DNA of 64,000 nt. It comes from Balanoglossus misakiensis. Its lineage: Eukaryota > Animalia > Hemichordata. A program made the translations under genes and the position numbers. This document shows, piece after piece, positions 49,695-61,935 of this stretch (positions are counted from its first letter, which is position 1; the number at the start of each line of letters is the position of its first letter). A model generated the notes under the pieces. That model searched no databases and was not told the DNA's origin. It was given only the letters and a program-made list of their open reading frames with translations. Location of the stretch: positions 2,002,247 through 2,066,246 of the forward strand of contig CM082594.2 in assembly GCA_040954595.2 (NCBI GenBank). The letters are read 5' to 3'.

Positions 49695-51297
49695 ATACGA
49701 AGACAGTTGAGTTTGCTATGATTATATTCCACCGTACATTTTCTTACGGTGATAAATAAGGTGCGTGACAAGCCCTGAAAAACGGGCATGTCCGTACAAT
49801 TATTTTACCGATGTGAGTGAGTATACCAAGATGTTCGATTTTATGTAAAGGTTATACATGTACATGGTAAGCGTTGGTATTTTGTTGTGGACACAAGACC
49901 TCTCGATTGGAAATTAGCATATTTGGCGCTTTCACTTTGTTCTCATATGCAGCGCGTAAATGAAAGTGTGTATTTTCGTTGATTCGGGACCCTCAAAAAT
50001 GACATTTGTTATACTTTCCAAGTACAGATTTATCGTGGAGGTAGACCACGGCCCGACACGGTTTGACGTTTGTGACTCGCGACGCACGTTATGTGCAACT
50101 TGTTGCGAGTTCATTTTCTCTTCTACTGACTCATCCTACATGTCAACCCGGTCATAGAGAATCGACTGGTGCAAAATGACCGTACCGATGAACCCTGACC
50201 GAACCGTTACATGGCGCATACTAGACATGTCGGAAACCCCTTAAGTAGAACAAAATGCTTCGAAAGATTACAAAACATGTAAACAATCTCACAAATGGTC
50301 AAATTACAATAATTGCTAAATCGCGGTTGAATCACGTTAACAGTCAAACCATTTCACGCGTATTTGATGTTACAATGTGTTTGCCAATGTCATTTGACTG
50401 CTACTGGTATAGACCTTGAAAGCGAACGGAAATATTCTCTGCGTTATCGCTGTGCCATACTAGTAGGTTGATAATTGTATGTACGCAGCTTTGTACGTAG
50501 TTATTACTCTCGTGTACTGCGAGAGTAAAATATGCAATATACACAGAAGACGTTCAACTCTCGTGAGATTAGGCACGATTTCAGGCGGACATCGTGTCAT
50601 GTGTTGGCTATATGCGAAGTAATCGACAGTGAATGGCTAAAGCAGTACTTGAATACGTACGCTATTTTCGCCGAGAAATCAAGGTGACGGTTGAAAAACT
50701 AACCCATAGAATCAATTTTCCCTGTTTTAACGGTTGTTCGTGACATACAAAGCACGATTGTTTCACCGCTCTGGTTTTCAATCAACATTTGCAAATGCAA
50801 TCCTTCATCGCGACAGCCGATGCATGCGCTATGTGATCCGTTGGTGCGATTCCATCTCACTTCTGTTCAATAGCACAGTTTCGTAGCGAAGATCAAGACG
50901 GCAGTTTATACTGACAAAAAATGCACGGCGCCCATGCAAGCAGGTTTATTCCATCACTAAATCTTCTTTTGGCTGAACTATGTGCAAAAATGAAAATAAA
51001 ATTAGTAGAAGTGTTTTTTCATAAATTCTCAAAACAGTAGCATTGAAAGTGGCAGATTTAGACTCTCAAAATATTTACCGGAATGGCATAACAATCTAAC
51101 CCTGATACAAATTAAGAAGTTTTGACAAAATTGCTATAAGAATCACGGCTGTCATTCGCTTTATTTTGCGCAGATACAGCCCCCCCAAAATTGAAATTCC
51201 CTGATATACAATTCTTATTATGAACACGGGGTTATCGTTCTGTATTGACAACTTTGTTCCCCCGGCTTGCGCTGTTACAAGCAACTGCCTCTGTATT

Positions 51298-52175
51298 CGT
51301 AAAATGTTCCAACGGTCGCCATTCTCCTATCTCGGGAGCTGAACATTTGAAAGAAATTCTCATTTGCATATGCAAATAGCCTACCCGGGTTCTCGAGTGT
51401 ATCGCTTTCTGCTGCTGTCAAATGTGGTCTCTAAACCTGAACAGCAAAAAACCAAACGTACTCCTAGTACAATACTACAAAAATCAGACTGAGGAACAGT
51501 TTCGATGGTAAAACACATTTATGCATTTTAAAATGTACTGTGTTATGACGTCACTGCAAATGAGCGCCCTCTCCAAGCTTTACATTTAATGGTCCGTTCC
51601 CCGTACACGTTCGGGTGGGATAAACTTATATATTAGTAAATTTTCCAAAGAAACAACAACAGAAATATTGGCCCCTCAGAGGCAGCGAAATGGAAAATCC
51701 AACTTGCGAGGAATCGCAAAAATGTACGGCAGAAGTAGGCGCTTGAAAAAACTCGACAATATGCTGCTTCGTATACGTTCGGTCGAAATAACGATGATTT
51801 GCAACGCGGCAAAACAATGATTGTCCCTGTAATAACGTTTCATATTAATGACTGTACAAGAACGTGTGCATTACCAAATGAATAGCTATATAATGTTCAA
51901 CCTGAGAAAGCTCTTAGTAAGTGTGAACGTTCTCACACTGACCGAATCTTTAAACCATGCCTTTTGAAAAATGTTGAAGTGATTCATGCTAGTACATGTA
52001 TATGGTATGCAAAACAATAATTGTATTGTGACTGGGGATATGATTATCAAGGATGGAATTTCTAACTGACGCATTTTCGGTCATGTAGGGAAGTGAATAC
52101 GTTTCTGTAAAGTGTGTACACTCCATGTTTAAAATTTCTCATAAATATTGCTTTAGTTTTAACTTTCTTAGCCAT
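51298..52175. repeat. Second copy of the 0.9-kb repeat, cut by the LTR element
   Basis: Similarity to 47657-48589 stops exactly at the LTR boundary (TTAGCCAT|TGCTACG). Confidence 0.88.
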
Positions 52176-52928
52176 TGCTACGACCCGCAGGCCGTCCGAG
52201 CCAAAAATACGCGGATAATAGAGAGGCCAATTTACCTGACCGGGTGGCTTGTTTTACCCCCGCACCGGCCAACAGGCCGCGGCAAAAGAAATGGTCAAAG
52301 ACAACACACTTACAACATACCAGTCTATTTACGGTGTTAATTTAATTGCAGATACGAGTAATATTCACAACATGTTAAATAATATTTACAATAAACTACA
52401 AACTAAACTCGAGCGTGACCAGGTGACCAAACTAAATTCCTAACCAGTTCAAAGTCTAATAAACAGTTCGGTGACTCGACGCAAGACGATACTGGCCTTT
52501 CACTCGACGCACAACAATTCTTGCCTTTCTGTCAGTTTTACGCCAATGTTCAAAAGACAGCCACGTATTACCTCAAATGCAGTTCCACGGTGACCCGGAA
52601 ACGCGCTCCCTCAAGACGGCTCCCAAATTCCACGCGGCGTCCTCGGAAACATCCACCACGGCTTCACCAAGTCCCTTCGGCAGTGTCAATCCTCAGCTAC
52701 CACAGTAGACAGGCAAACTCCGTACGGTGGGCTCCCAAACTCCGCGACAATGCGACGGCACAGCTACCGGACCAGAATCAAATGAGCCACACGACAACGT
52801 GGCACTGGGTGCATGGCTTTTTATACGAGCACAAATAATTAACACCTGCTCACGCTTATATGTTAAATAAAGCAATCAACATAGGTGCACCTGGCCACGA
52901 AACAAAACAAACAATAAACTTCACCACA
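52176..52928 (-). repeat. 3' LTR (753 bp)
   Basis: Minus strand TGTGGTGAAG...GTCGTAGCA, preceded by the PPT-like TTTTGAAGGGGAGG. Homologous to 59568-59972. Confidence 0.9.
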
Positions 52929-53052
52929 CCTCCCCTTCAAAAGAAAGAAAAACGTTACAAAGTGGCGTTTTTTTCAACAGGAAAATATATTCTTGTACAG
53001 TTATTCTGTACGCTACTCATATTCACAAAATACAGACTATGCAATTCAGTAT

Positions 53053-53277
53053 TTAGGTTCTTGAAAGAAGATCAGCAATTACATTATCTCTACCGGAAAT
53101 ATGTACTACCTGAAGTGAGTAAGGCAGTAATAACAAGCTCCATCGAAATAAACGTCGACTCTTAGTTTTAAATTTCTCCAGGAATACAAGTGGATTGTGA
53201 TCTGTGTACACAACGACATCGTCTATTCCATTGGTGACATAAATTTCAAAGTGCTGCAAGGCTAAAACTAGACTTAA
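53053..53277 (-). pseudogene. Gypsy RNase H, C-terminal part
   Basis: SLVLALQHFEIYV...VYTDHNPLVFL...RLFRWSLLL..Y...HISGRDNVIADLLSR*. Joins in frame to YSTIEKEAL at 56190. Confidence 0.92.
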
Positions 53278-56186
53278 GATGGGTCCCCCGTATCTTTTTG
53301 CTCGTTGCTATGGGCCTTTATAGGACACTACACTCAATTTTGATCGAAACCGTTATGAACGTCCGACAAGGGGCTTGTAACTAGTTAAAAATACACACGA
53401 TTGTGTGCACACCGCCTGTCCGAGTATGTTTACGGCAGCTACCGCCCGGCCATAGGCCGCCACGCTAATACGGCAAAGCAGCGGTCAGCGATAGCGTGCG
53501 CGTCCTGTAACCACAGTAACTGGATCGAACGCTAAACATCAGAGATTTTGTACCGTTCACGAAAATCCCTTAAAGGCTTTTTTTCATAGGCCACGTACGC
53601 CAGTCAAATTTGACCTGCTTGTTGAGAACGCACTTCCGCACAGTGTGACCACGGTCACTCCACACACTGTGTGGAGTGACCGTGCTACAACAGACTACAC
53701 TGGTCCAACTCTCCTTTTTCTGACATTGATTGGTAATTTGGCAATTTTTAAAACATTTTTTTTTCTTTTTGATTATTTCTAATTTAAGAATTTTATGTAT
53801 ATTTTTTCAATCAATAAAATTATTGCCAGCCTTATAATTCTACATTTAGTTTTCTAACACCATATCTGAATAATCACTGTAATTATTTGTATCAATTTCA
53901 TATGCATTTGTTGTACTCTCTTGTAAATCTTCCTCAGGTAATTGGTATTCCTGTTCTACCTCTTCTATCTCTAGTATGTCAAACGTTTCAAAAGTATCCA
54001 TCATTTCTTCATTCATAATCATTTCTAGAATCGAATCATCTTCACTTACTCTGTCAATATAACTTCTACTGGTGTTTTTACCACTTCTAGTGTTTTCACA
54101 GTTTGTTATGTATAGTGGTCTTTATGGAGTTTAGAATGTTATTCCTTCCATCCGTGGCATTTGCCATAGACCTCAGCAGTCTATTTAAAACCAGCAAACT
54201 ATCTCTACTCTTGGAGGAAAACACAAACGACCCCTTTCTCACCATTATGAAAAGCTTCACAAAGACAAAGTATGTTGCAGTTAAAAGACTGAAAATGACT
54301 ATAGAAAAATATGACTTGCATAGACAGACTGATAAATGCCCAATCAGTTACTATGCCCAGACTGGACAAAAGCCTTTCACTGTCACTCTGCACAGACAGC
54401 CCAGACAAATGCCAGTTCACACACACACACCCTGCAAAGACTAGACTAAATATCAGTTCACAAAAACTCTGCACAGTGCAGACTAGACAATTGTCAGTCA
54501 AACTAAAACCACACAGACTACTCCTACACACTGGAAAATGCCTGTTCAGTAATACTCAAACAATAACAGTTAATGAAATTTACCTTTTTAATTTTTATTG
54601 TCAAATAAATACAATATAATATATAAAAGGTAACAACTGAGGAAAGCAAGATTAATAAAGGAAACTCCTGAATGCAAAAAAGTGTGGGAACTGGCCACCA
54701 ACCACACTACAGGCAGTAAAACACCGATCGATCAGCACAGACGCACTTCTTTCTTCGTTGTCTCCTGAAAGACAAAGAAACAAACTGTAAGGCGTACGAT
54801 AATTATTGGTGAAGTTCTCAACAAGAGATTTGAGAAACACTTGCTCCGGCTTCCACACACACACGACACTGCTGCAACAGTGCACGCCAAGCAAGGAATG
54901 ATGCTGCCCGGGAAACTTTCCCCCCGGCGCGCTTACTTAAAGGGACAAAGTCTCTCTCTCGCTGCCCTTTTTCCATTAATTATGTTTGATACAAGACACT
55001 GTTTATGTTAATGTACATGTGGATATATAGTAAATCTACATTCGACCACACACAACTTCCATCCCACTTGTAAGATATGAGAGTAAAAACTCGCCCAAAA
55101 TGAATAAATGGTAAAGAACGATTATTCATTTTGGCGAGTTTTTTCACTCTCCTGTCTATAAGAGGGATGGAAGTTGTGTGTGGTTGAACGTTGATTCACT
55201 ATATATCCACATGTAGAATAACAAACGGTGTCTTGTATCAAATATAATTAATGGAAAAAAGGGCAGCTAGAGAGAGACTTTGTCCTTTTAAGGTCTACGA
55301 TGACGTCTGGACACCTACTGTCCCATCATTGCGCCAAAAATCATGTCCAATCAGAGCTCTCAGCAAGAAAATTACGAAATTGGACCGGGACATAATGATC
55401 GAAAATAGCTTGCCACAGTCGCGCATTCGCTACTTCCGGGTATGGATTCCTAGGATTCCTTCCACCGCCATGTTAGAACACGGTACATACACACACTCAG
55501 TAAACAGGCGTTCGCAATTTTTCCGGACCTTGAGCAGACTAAAAAGACGCAAATTTCGATAAAACAATAATCAACTCAACGATTTATGTCAATTTTCGAT
55601 ATTTAAAAACCGGCACTTAGACGCGGGGCAGTGTTGAAAATCACGGAAAAATCGTGAAAGTCCGTACGGGCACACCACTCGAAACGCGTATAACCTAATT
55701 CTTTGGACTAACAATGGCGTGAAATATGATAGAAACAGCAACTTACCGGGTATACGTCAGTTTCGGGATGAGAATAATTCTTCTAACGCAGTATTAAGCT
55801 GGAAAAGTGAGATTATCGGTACCTCGGGAAAAAATCCTAACGGACACATACTTAAGCACGGGGGCGCTGTTCATTTGAAATGATTTTATGCAAATGCATG
55901 TAAATTAGGTACCCTGAAATCAGACTGGATCTTCCCTGGTTCAAGCAACTAATGAATACGTATCAAGTTCGTTTTTGAGGTCACGGAATAAAAAGCCTTA
56001 GGCTTTTGAAATTTGACCTAGCTAATTTGCATATCAATGGCGTCAGGGGGCGCGCGCTCACAACCGTGCAGATTTTCAACTAGTTACCAGCCCCTTGTTA
56101 GACTCTGAAAACGGCTTAGTCCAAATCGGGGTGTAATGTCCTGCAAAGGCCCATAGCAACGGGCAAAAAGATCCGGGGGACCCATC
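53278..56186. mobile_element. 2.9-kb Kolobok-like TTAA element inserted in the Gypsy RNase H
   Basis: TTAA|GATGGGTCCCCCGTATCTTTTTGCTCGTTGCTATGGGCC ... GGCCCATAGCAACGGGCAAAAAGATCCGGGGGACCCATC|TTAA. The imperfect TIR extends to about 140 bp. Confidence 0.92.
54941..55287. mobile_element. Kolobok-like palindromic MITE, copy C
   Basis: TTAA|AGGGACAAAGTCTCTCTCTCGCTGCC ... GAGAGAGACTTTGTCCTT|TTAA. Confidence 0.92.
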
Positions 56187-58215
56187 TTAAAGCCTCTTTT
56201 TCGATTGTTGAATAATTCTTTTGGTGTACATGTACACTTGATTTTCTGGAGAAGTAACCAACCGGATGTTCAATGCCATAGTCTTCATCCTGTAATAACA
56301 CAGAGCCAACAGCAACATCACTGGCATCGACAGCTAATTTAAATGGTTTAGTGAAATCCGGGGTTACCAACACAGGATTGTTGATCAAAAGAGCTTTGAG
56401 GTTTTCAAAAGCATCCTGACAGGAGTCGGACCACTTAAATTTTACATTTTTTCAGGAGGTCGGTAAGTGGGGCCACAATGGTAGTTAGCACAATATTTCC
56501 TATAAAATCCAGTCATCCCCAAAAACCTCATAAGTTATCGCTTTGTACTGGGAGGAGGAATTTGAACTATGGCCTGAACTTTGCACTGCTGCGGCGCCAC
56601 TTTACCGTTTCCTATGTTATGTTCAAGATAAGAAACTTAGGCTTAGGTGAATTCACTTTCCTGCAAATTTATTACGAGACCAGCATCTTCAAGTTTATTA
56701 AATATTACAGATAAGTTATTTATATTATCATCCCATGCCATACTGTATATCAAAAGATCATGAAGATATCCTGCACAAAAATTCAAACCAACTAAGACTT
56801 CATTCATTAATCGTTGGAAAGTAGCGGGGGCGTTTTTCAGGCCAAAGGGCCTGACCCTAAATTGCTATAACCCATCCGGTGTGACAAATGCAGAGATTTC
56901 TTTGGCTCTATCCGATAATGGTACCTGCCAGTAACCTTTCTGAAGATCTATTTTGGTTACATTGGTAGACTTTCCAATTTATCTCCCTTTGGTATAAGTA
57001 TAATAGGGGAACTCCAACTGCTTTCACTTGGTTCGATTAATTTGTGTTACAACATATATTCAAACTCTTTTCTTACTTCTGCTAATTTAATGGGATTTGC
57101 TCTATAAGGGTGTTGTTTAATTGGCATTGCGTGGCCAACGTCAATATCATGTGTAGTAAGTGAAGTGCAACCAGGTTCATCAGAAAAGGTAGATGGGTGC
57201 TGGTTAATTAGACCAATGACGTCATTTATTTTACTCTCTGGTAAATGTGAAAGTTTGGATGGTAAATCAGCTAAAACTTCTGAATTTGACAACTTCATCT
57301 TTTTGGATTCTACTTGTGGTAGTTGAGATTCAATCTCGTCGATTTCATCTGCTACAACTGTGGCGCACTCTGACTGACAAATAGACTCACCATCTGTACA
57401 GTAATAACGTTTGAGCATAATAACGTGACATACTGTACGGGTGTTGCGTCGATCAGGATTGATTACGACGTAGTTGACGTCAATAAATTTCTTCTCCACT
57501 TGATATGGATCACTGAACTTAACGGACAAAGGATCGCCTCTTATTTTTAGCAAAACTAACACATTATCACCTGGTTCAAAATGCCGTTCTTTACTGGATT
57601 GATCATAATGGGATTTCATGGCCAAATTTTCAGTTTCGTCCATGACTTTAGCTTCAGATGTTACCAGAGGAGAAGGATACACCTTAATTCCGGCCAAATC
57701 ATTTCCAAGGAGAAAATCAACACCGTCAATGGGCAAATTTGAAACAATGCCTACAGTCACAGGTCCAGAAACTAGCTCTGACTTGAAATGGACATTACAC
57801 AAGGGCATGGATATAAAATGACCATCAGTAGCTCTGATCAAAATACTTGAATTAACAGGAAGGTCAGACATTCTAGGCAAGATATTGGACAACATCAAAG
57901 ATTGGGCAGCTCCAGTGTCCCTAAGGATAAGCACTGGTTTATTTTCATCCCCTGTAGTGGATCTAACTTCTCCCTTAAATATGAAATCTTTATAACTTTC
58001 AGGTACAGATTTATCATGGTGAACAACAGGTGGTTTAGCAGTAAAAGATGGGTAGGGTTGCGCCCGTTTATACTGACTATTATCCAAAACTGTACGCTTA
58101 GCGGCTGTATTAATGAATGCAATGGGTTTGGAGGAAGATGCTTGTTTTTGGTCTCTTTGCAATAGAAAACAATTTGATTTGACATGTCCCTGCTTTCCAC
58201 AATGGTAACAAATAG
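56187..58215 (-). pseudogene. Gypsy pol relic: CCHC knuckle, protease, integrase tail, RT and RNase H N-terminus
   Basis: CYHCGKQGHVKSNC; LRDTGAAQS; MKSHYDQSSKERHFEPGDNVLVLL...PYQV...NYVV...CHVIMLKRY; PIKQHPYR; KIDLQKGYWQVPL; PFGLKNAPATFQRLMN; FKLAVDASDVAVGSVLLQ...HPVGYFSRK...YSTIEKEAL. Contains stops, frameshifts and deletions. Confidence 0.93.
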
Positions 58216-58379
58216 GTCCTTACCAAATGAATTTTGACCCCGTTTAGTTCGGTATCCATTGTTGGTAGATTTCCTTGATTTTACAGAATGACTATCATTA
58301 CTAGATGTCTCTCGAGTTTCTGCTTTTGATTACTCTCTTTAGTCCATCTATGATTATACGGAGTGTTAAATTTTCTGTG

Positions 58380-59100
58380 TGTTAATTCATAATCATCTGC
58401 AATCACTGCTGCTTGTTTCAAATAAAAAAACGTTATGTTCATTCAAATGGGTGTTAATATCAAGGGGAACACTATTTTTAAATTCTTCCATTAGAATAAG
58501 CTTTCTCAAGTTATCAAATGATTCTTCTTCTGAAGAGATCGATACAACCTATCAAAAATGAGCTCTTTCTCTCTCGCAAAGTCAACATATGTCTGCCTGG
58601 ATTGTCGTTTCAAATTGCAAAATTTCTGTCGATAGGCTTCTGGTACCAACTCGTACGCTGATAAGATTGTTTTCTTGACCAATTGATAGTCTTGGGATTC
58701 TTTATCAGACAGAGACGAGAAAACTTCCTGAGCTTTACCAACGAGTTCACTTTGCAATAAGGTGGTCCAGTACTCAGCTGGCCATTTAAGTCGATTTGCT
58801 ATGAAATAAGTTTCCACCTCGCTCTCAGAAAATTTAGGCACTAATTTGATATACTTTCTGACGTCAAACTCATTTTGGATACGCACACTCTCCTGCAAAT
58901 TAAATTCAAGCTCCAATTTTTTAATATCATATTGCTCTCTTTCTCTATCCCTTTCTGCTTGCAAAATTCTTAATCTTTCCCTACACAGCTCTTGTTGTCT
59001 TTTTAATTCCAATTTAGCCAATTCTATATCCCGTGTTACGCCCGTTTGAAGCTCGGTCCCATCATCAGAATTTTCCAAGTCTAATTCAATAGCTATAGCT
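58380..59100 (-). pseudogene. Gypsy (Gmr1-type) gag relic with a SCAN-related capsid region
   Basis: Coiled coil, then FDVRKYIKLVPKFSESEVETYF...WTTLLQSELVGKAQEVFSSLS....YQLVKKTILSAYELVPEAYRQKF, then LILMEEFKNSVP in another frame. Confidence 0.88.
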
Positions 59101-59106
59101 TTAATT

Positions 59107-59444
59107 ATATCTATATCTATATCTATATCTATCTATGTACAAACAACCAAAAGTATATATACAATATTATATTATACCAGTATATTGATGGTGTAAATCA
59201 CGCTATTTGATTGGTCGAGACACGACACGTGACCGTGATATATTAGCCATATACCACAGTCATATATCATAGTCAAAGAAAATGCCTTTTTAAAATGTTT
59301 TATGCAAAGTTTCAATATACTGGCATAATAAAATAGCAATATACGCACTCCATATACGCACTCGCTATCGCTCGTGCGTATATGTCGTGAACTGGTCAAA
59401 ATCTCGTGGTATACCATGGCTGGGGGTGTTTTATTGCTTAAGTA
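59107..59444. mobile_element. Small insertion (hexamer microsatellite plus short interspersed element) in the gag 5' region
   Basis: (ATATCT)n followed by TGATTGGTCGAG...CGCACTCGCTATCGCTCGTGCG...TTATTGCTTAAG. It separates the gag-like peptides GQRRDV and IIKAIAIELDLE. Confidence 0.5.
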
Positions 59445-59547
59445 TACGTCTCTGCGTTGACCATCGAGCTACAATATGCTAAAAATTGAATGTGAAATAT
59501 TTATCCCAGGGATGGAGGAAGGAAAACTCAAATGAGTATTCGATCCG

Positions 59548-59565
59548 ACCCCGGACAAGCCCCGA
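59548..59565 (-). promoter_or_regulatory. Degenerate primer-binding site, tRNA-Pro type
   Basis: Minus strand TCGGGGCTTGTCCGGGGT, 2 nt after the LTR end, compared with the canonical TGGGGGCTCGTCCGGGAT. Confidence 0.75.
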
Positions 59566-59567
59566 TT

Positions 59568-59972
59568 TGTTACGACCCGCAGGCCGTCCGAGCCAAAAAT
59601 ATGCGGAGAATAGAGAGGCCAATTTACCTGACCGAGTGGCTTGTTTTACACCCAAACAGGCCAACAGGCCGCAGCAAAAGAAATGGTCAAAGACAGCACA
59701 CGTACAACATACCGGTCTATTTACAGTGTTAATATATTACAGTGTTAATATAATATTCACAAAATGTTCAAAATATTTACAATAAAACTACACACTAAAC
59801 TCGAGCGTGACAATGTGACCAAACAAAATTCCTAACCAGTTCAAAGTCTAATAAACAGTTCGGTGACTCGACGCACGTCGATACTGGCCTTTCACTCGAC
59901 GCACAGCAATTCTGGCCTTTCTTTCCGTTTTACGCCAGAGTGTGCAAAAGACAGCCTCGTATTACCTCAAAT
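59568..59972 (-). repeat. Partial 5' LTR
   Basis: Colinear with 52176-52578. Similarity ends after GTATTACCTCAAAT. Confidence 0.88.
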
Positions 59973-60832
59973 CTGTGACTACTATACCTTACAGGGATTG
60001 GAAACGACGCATATCGAACATTTATGTCTGTCTCGGATATTGTTATGCAAATGATATGTGAATAAAGTTCTGCGCAAGCGCACTGCCACTTACAAAACTT
60101 CTCTGTGTTTTTATATGTAAGATCGACCGTACGATAAAGGCGCTCGTCAATTTTTTTTGGTCTATCATAAATAATGGCGAATATCGAAGACTTTTAGACT
60201 GGAGTGATGCGGAAGTACACCTTGAAGAGGGAGTTTGCGAAAACGGCGACGATTTCCTAGAGCCGCGTACAAGTACGTTGCGGGCCTACATCTAGTACGT
60301 CCATTTCTGACGGCGACAGAAGCAAGAAAACAACTGTTAATTTCGTGTCCCCTTTGTGGCCGGTAATATAGGTCCACCACGGGGTTCAGAGGGCAAGTTA
60401 AAGCAAAGCACAACCGACCAGAATTGAAAGGTTAGGGGAATTTCAGTGAATTTCCGTTTAGCTTGAATTTGGAGGTTGGTCGGTCTTTCTGTAAGCCTAC
60501 GTAAGCTTACATCGTACGTAGTTTGGTCGTTGAAAAGTCGCAATTCTGGAAAGGGTTGTGTTAGCTGCTTTCATCGTTTGCAGTAGACATTTGAATACAC
60601 GTTTTTGATGCATGTTACTAGAAATTTAGTTTATTTATATTGTCGAACGTCGAATTAGTTTGCCGAGTGACATACCCGTGGTTGTATGAAAAGCGTAGTT
60701 GCATTTCATAACATCCCATCATGACAGAACTGTGGTTGAATTACAGTTGCATTTCATCATGCTGAAATCCCACGGACATGGAAGTTTCATTTCCACCGCT
60801 ACGCGTACTACTAGACTATCGTGCTTAAATTA

Positions 60833-61158
60833 TTAGTGCGAAGGACAAGGTTTTCTGTATGCTGGAGGCCGAGGGACAGGTTTAGCTCAGTAATTAAAGC
60901 CGAAGGACAGGTGTAGCTCCGTAATTTAGGCCGAAGGAAAGCGAAGGACGCTGATTAATCCATATTTTAGTGCGAAGCACACGGTTTTCTCTATGCTGGT
61001 GGCCGAAGGACAGGTTTAGCTCAGTAATTAAAGCCGAAGGACAGGTGTAGCTCCGTAATTTAGGCCGTAGGAAAGCGAAGGACGCTGATATCTCCATATT
61101 TTAGGGATAGGGGAAGCGAAGGACAGTCATATTTCCATATTTGAGGGCGAAGGACACG
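60833..61158. repeat. Irregular tandem repeat (about 134-bp duplication made of CGAAGGAC submotifs)
   Basis: TTAGTGCGAAG..GGTTTTCT.TATGCTGG occurs twice, with many GCCGAAGGACAGGT motifs. Confidence 0.8.
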
Positions 61159-61354
61159 ATTCTCTCACGATTATCAGAGACTTGGCGTCAGCTAGTACAC
61201 GTCTGACCAGAATTACTGATATCAATGTCGAGATCTTAAATAGAGTGTCATGTTTACACGAAACAAATCTAAACAAACATACCTCATGGAAATGTTACGT
61301 AACAATACTTTTTAATTAAACAACAAATTCTACAAGCAAACATGCTTCATCAGA

Positions 61355-61935
61355 TTTTTTTTACATAGAATGGACTTTTCATACATAATCAGATCTCTGA
61401 ATGTGAAGAAAACAGTTTGTTTTTAGTTTTTTTGTAAATATGACCTTTTCGACCTCAAAAATGTGGCCAAAAATGGCATTTTTGTATTGATTGGGGTCAA
61501 AAAGACTGCTTTATGTTTTATAGTCACCATTTTACACATAGAATTGACTTTCCATATATCATCAAATAAATCAATATGAAGAGAAGAGTGTGTTTTAAGT
61601 TTTGTCTAAAAATGACGTTTTTGGGCAAAAAATGGTCAAAAAGGCAATTCTGTCTCGTTTGGGGTCAGTCAGACTGCTTTTTTCGTAATATCAACCAAAT
61701 TTTACATAGAAGAAACATATCATATGTCATCAGATCTTCGAATGTGACGAAAACAGTGTGTTTTTAGTGTTTTCTAAAAATGACCTTTTTTGGGGTTAAA
61801 AAGTGCCAAAATGGCAATTTTGTCTTGGGTGGGGTCAATAAGACTGACTTTTTTGGAATCAGCACCATTTTTTACATAGAATGGACTTCACAAACCTTCC
61901 TTACCAATTTTTTTATTTAAAGGCACCTATCCCCT
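61355..61935. repeat. Terminal fragment of the foldback/satellite-like family seen at 33771-35960
   Basis: Ends ...AAACCTTCCTTACCAA...GGCACCTATCCCCT, the reverse complement of the start at 33771. Confidence 0.75.

Larger units (their letters stand above)
52176..59972 (-). mobile_element. Gmr1-like Ty3/Gypsy LTR retrotransposon, defective
   Basis: 3' LTR 52176-52928 (TG...CA), polypurine tract, RNase H at the extreme 3' end of pol, RT, integrase C-terminal remnant, protease, CCHC knuckle, gag, PBS, and a partial 5' LTR at 59568-59972. Confidence 0.92.

Noticed and set aside
53639-53671. Pair of V(D)J recombination signal heptamers (CACAGTG and CACTGTG)
   Set aside because: No nonamer at 12- or 23-bp spacing and no flanking TSD. 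The second heptamer is part of a local hairpin.
33771-61935. One giant 28-kb foldback element bounded by the inverted termini at 33771 and 61935
   Set aside because: The outer flanks (TTTTAGTCC and AGGGTAATA) share no target-site duplication. Independent copies of a common family are more parsimonious.
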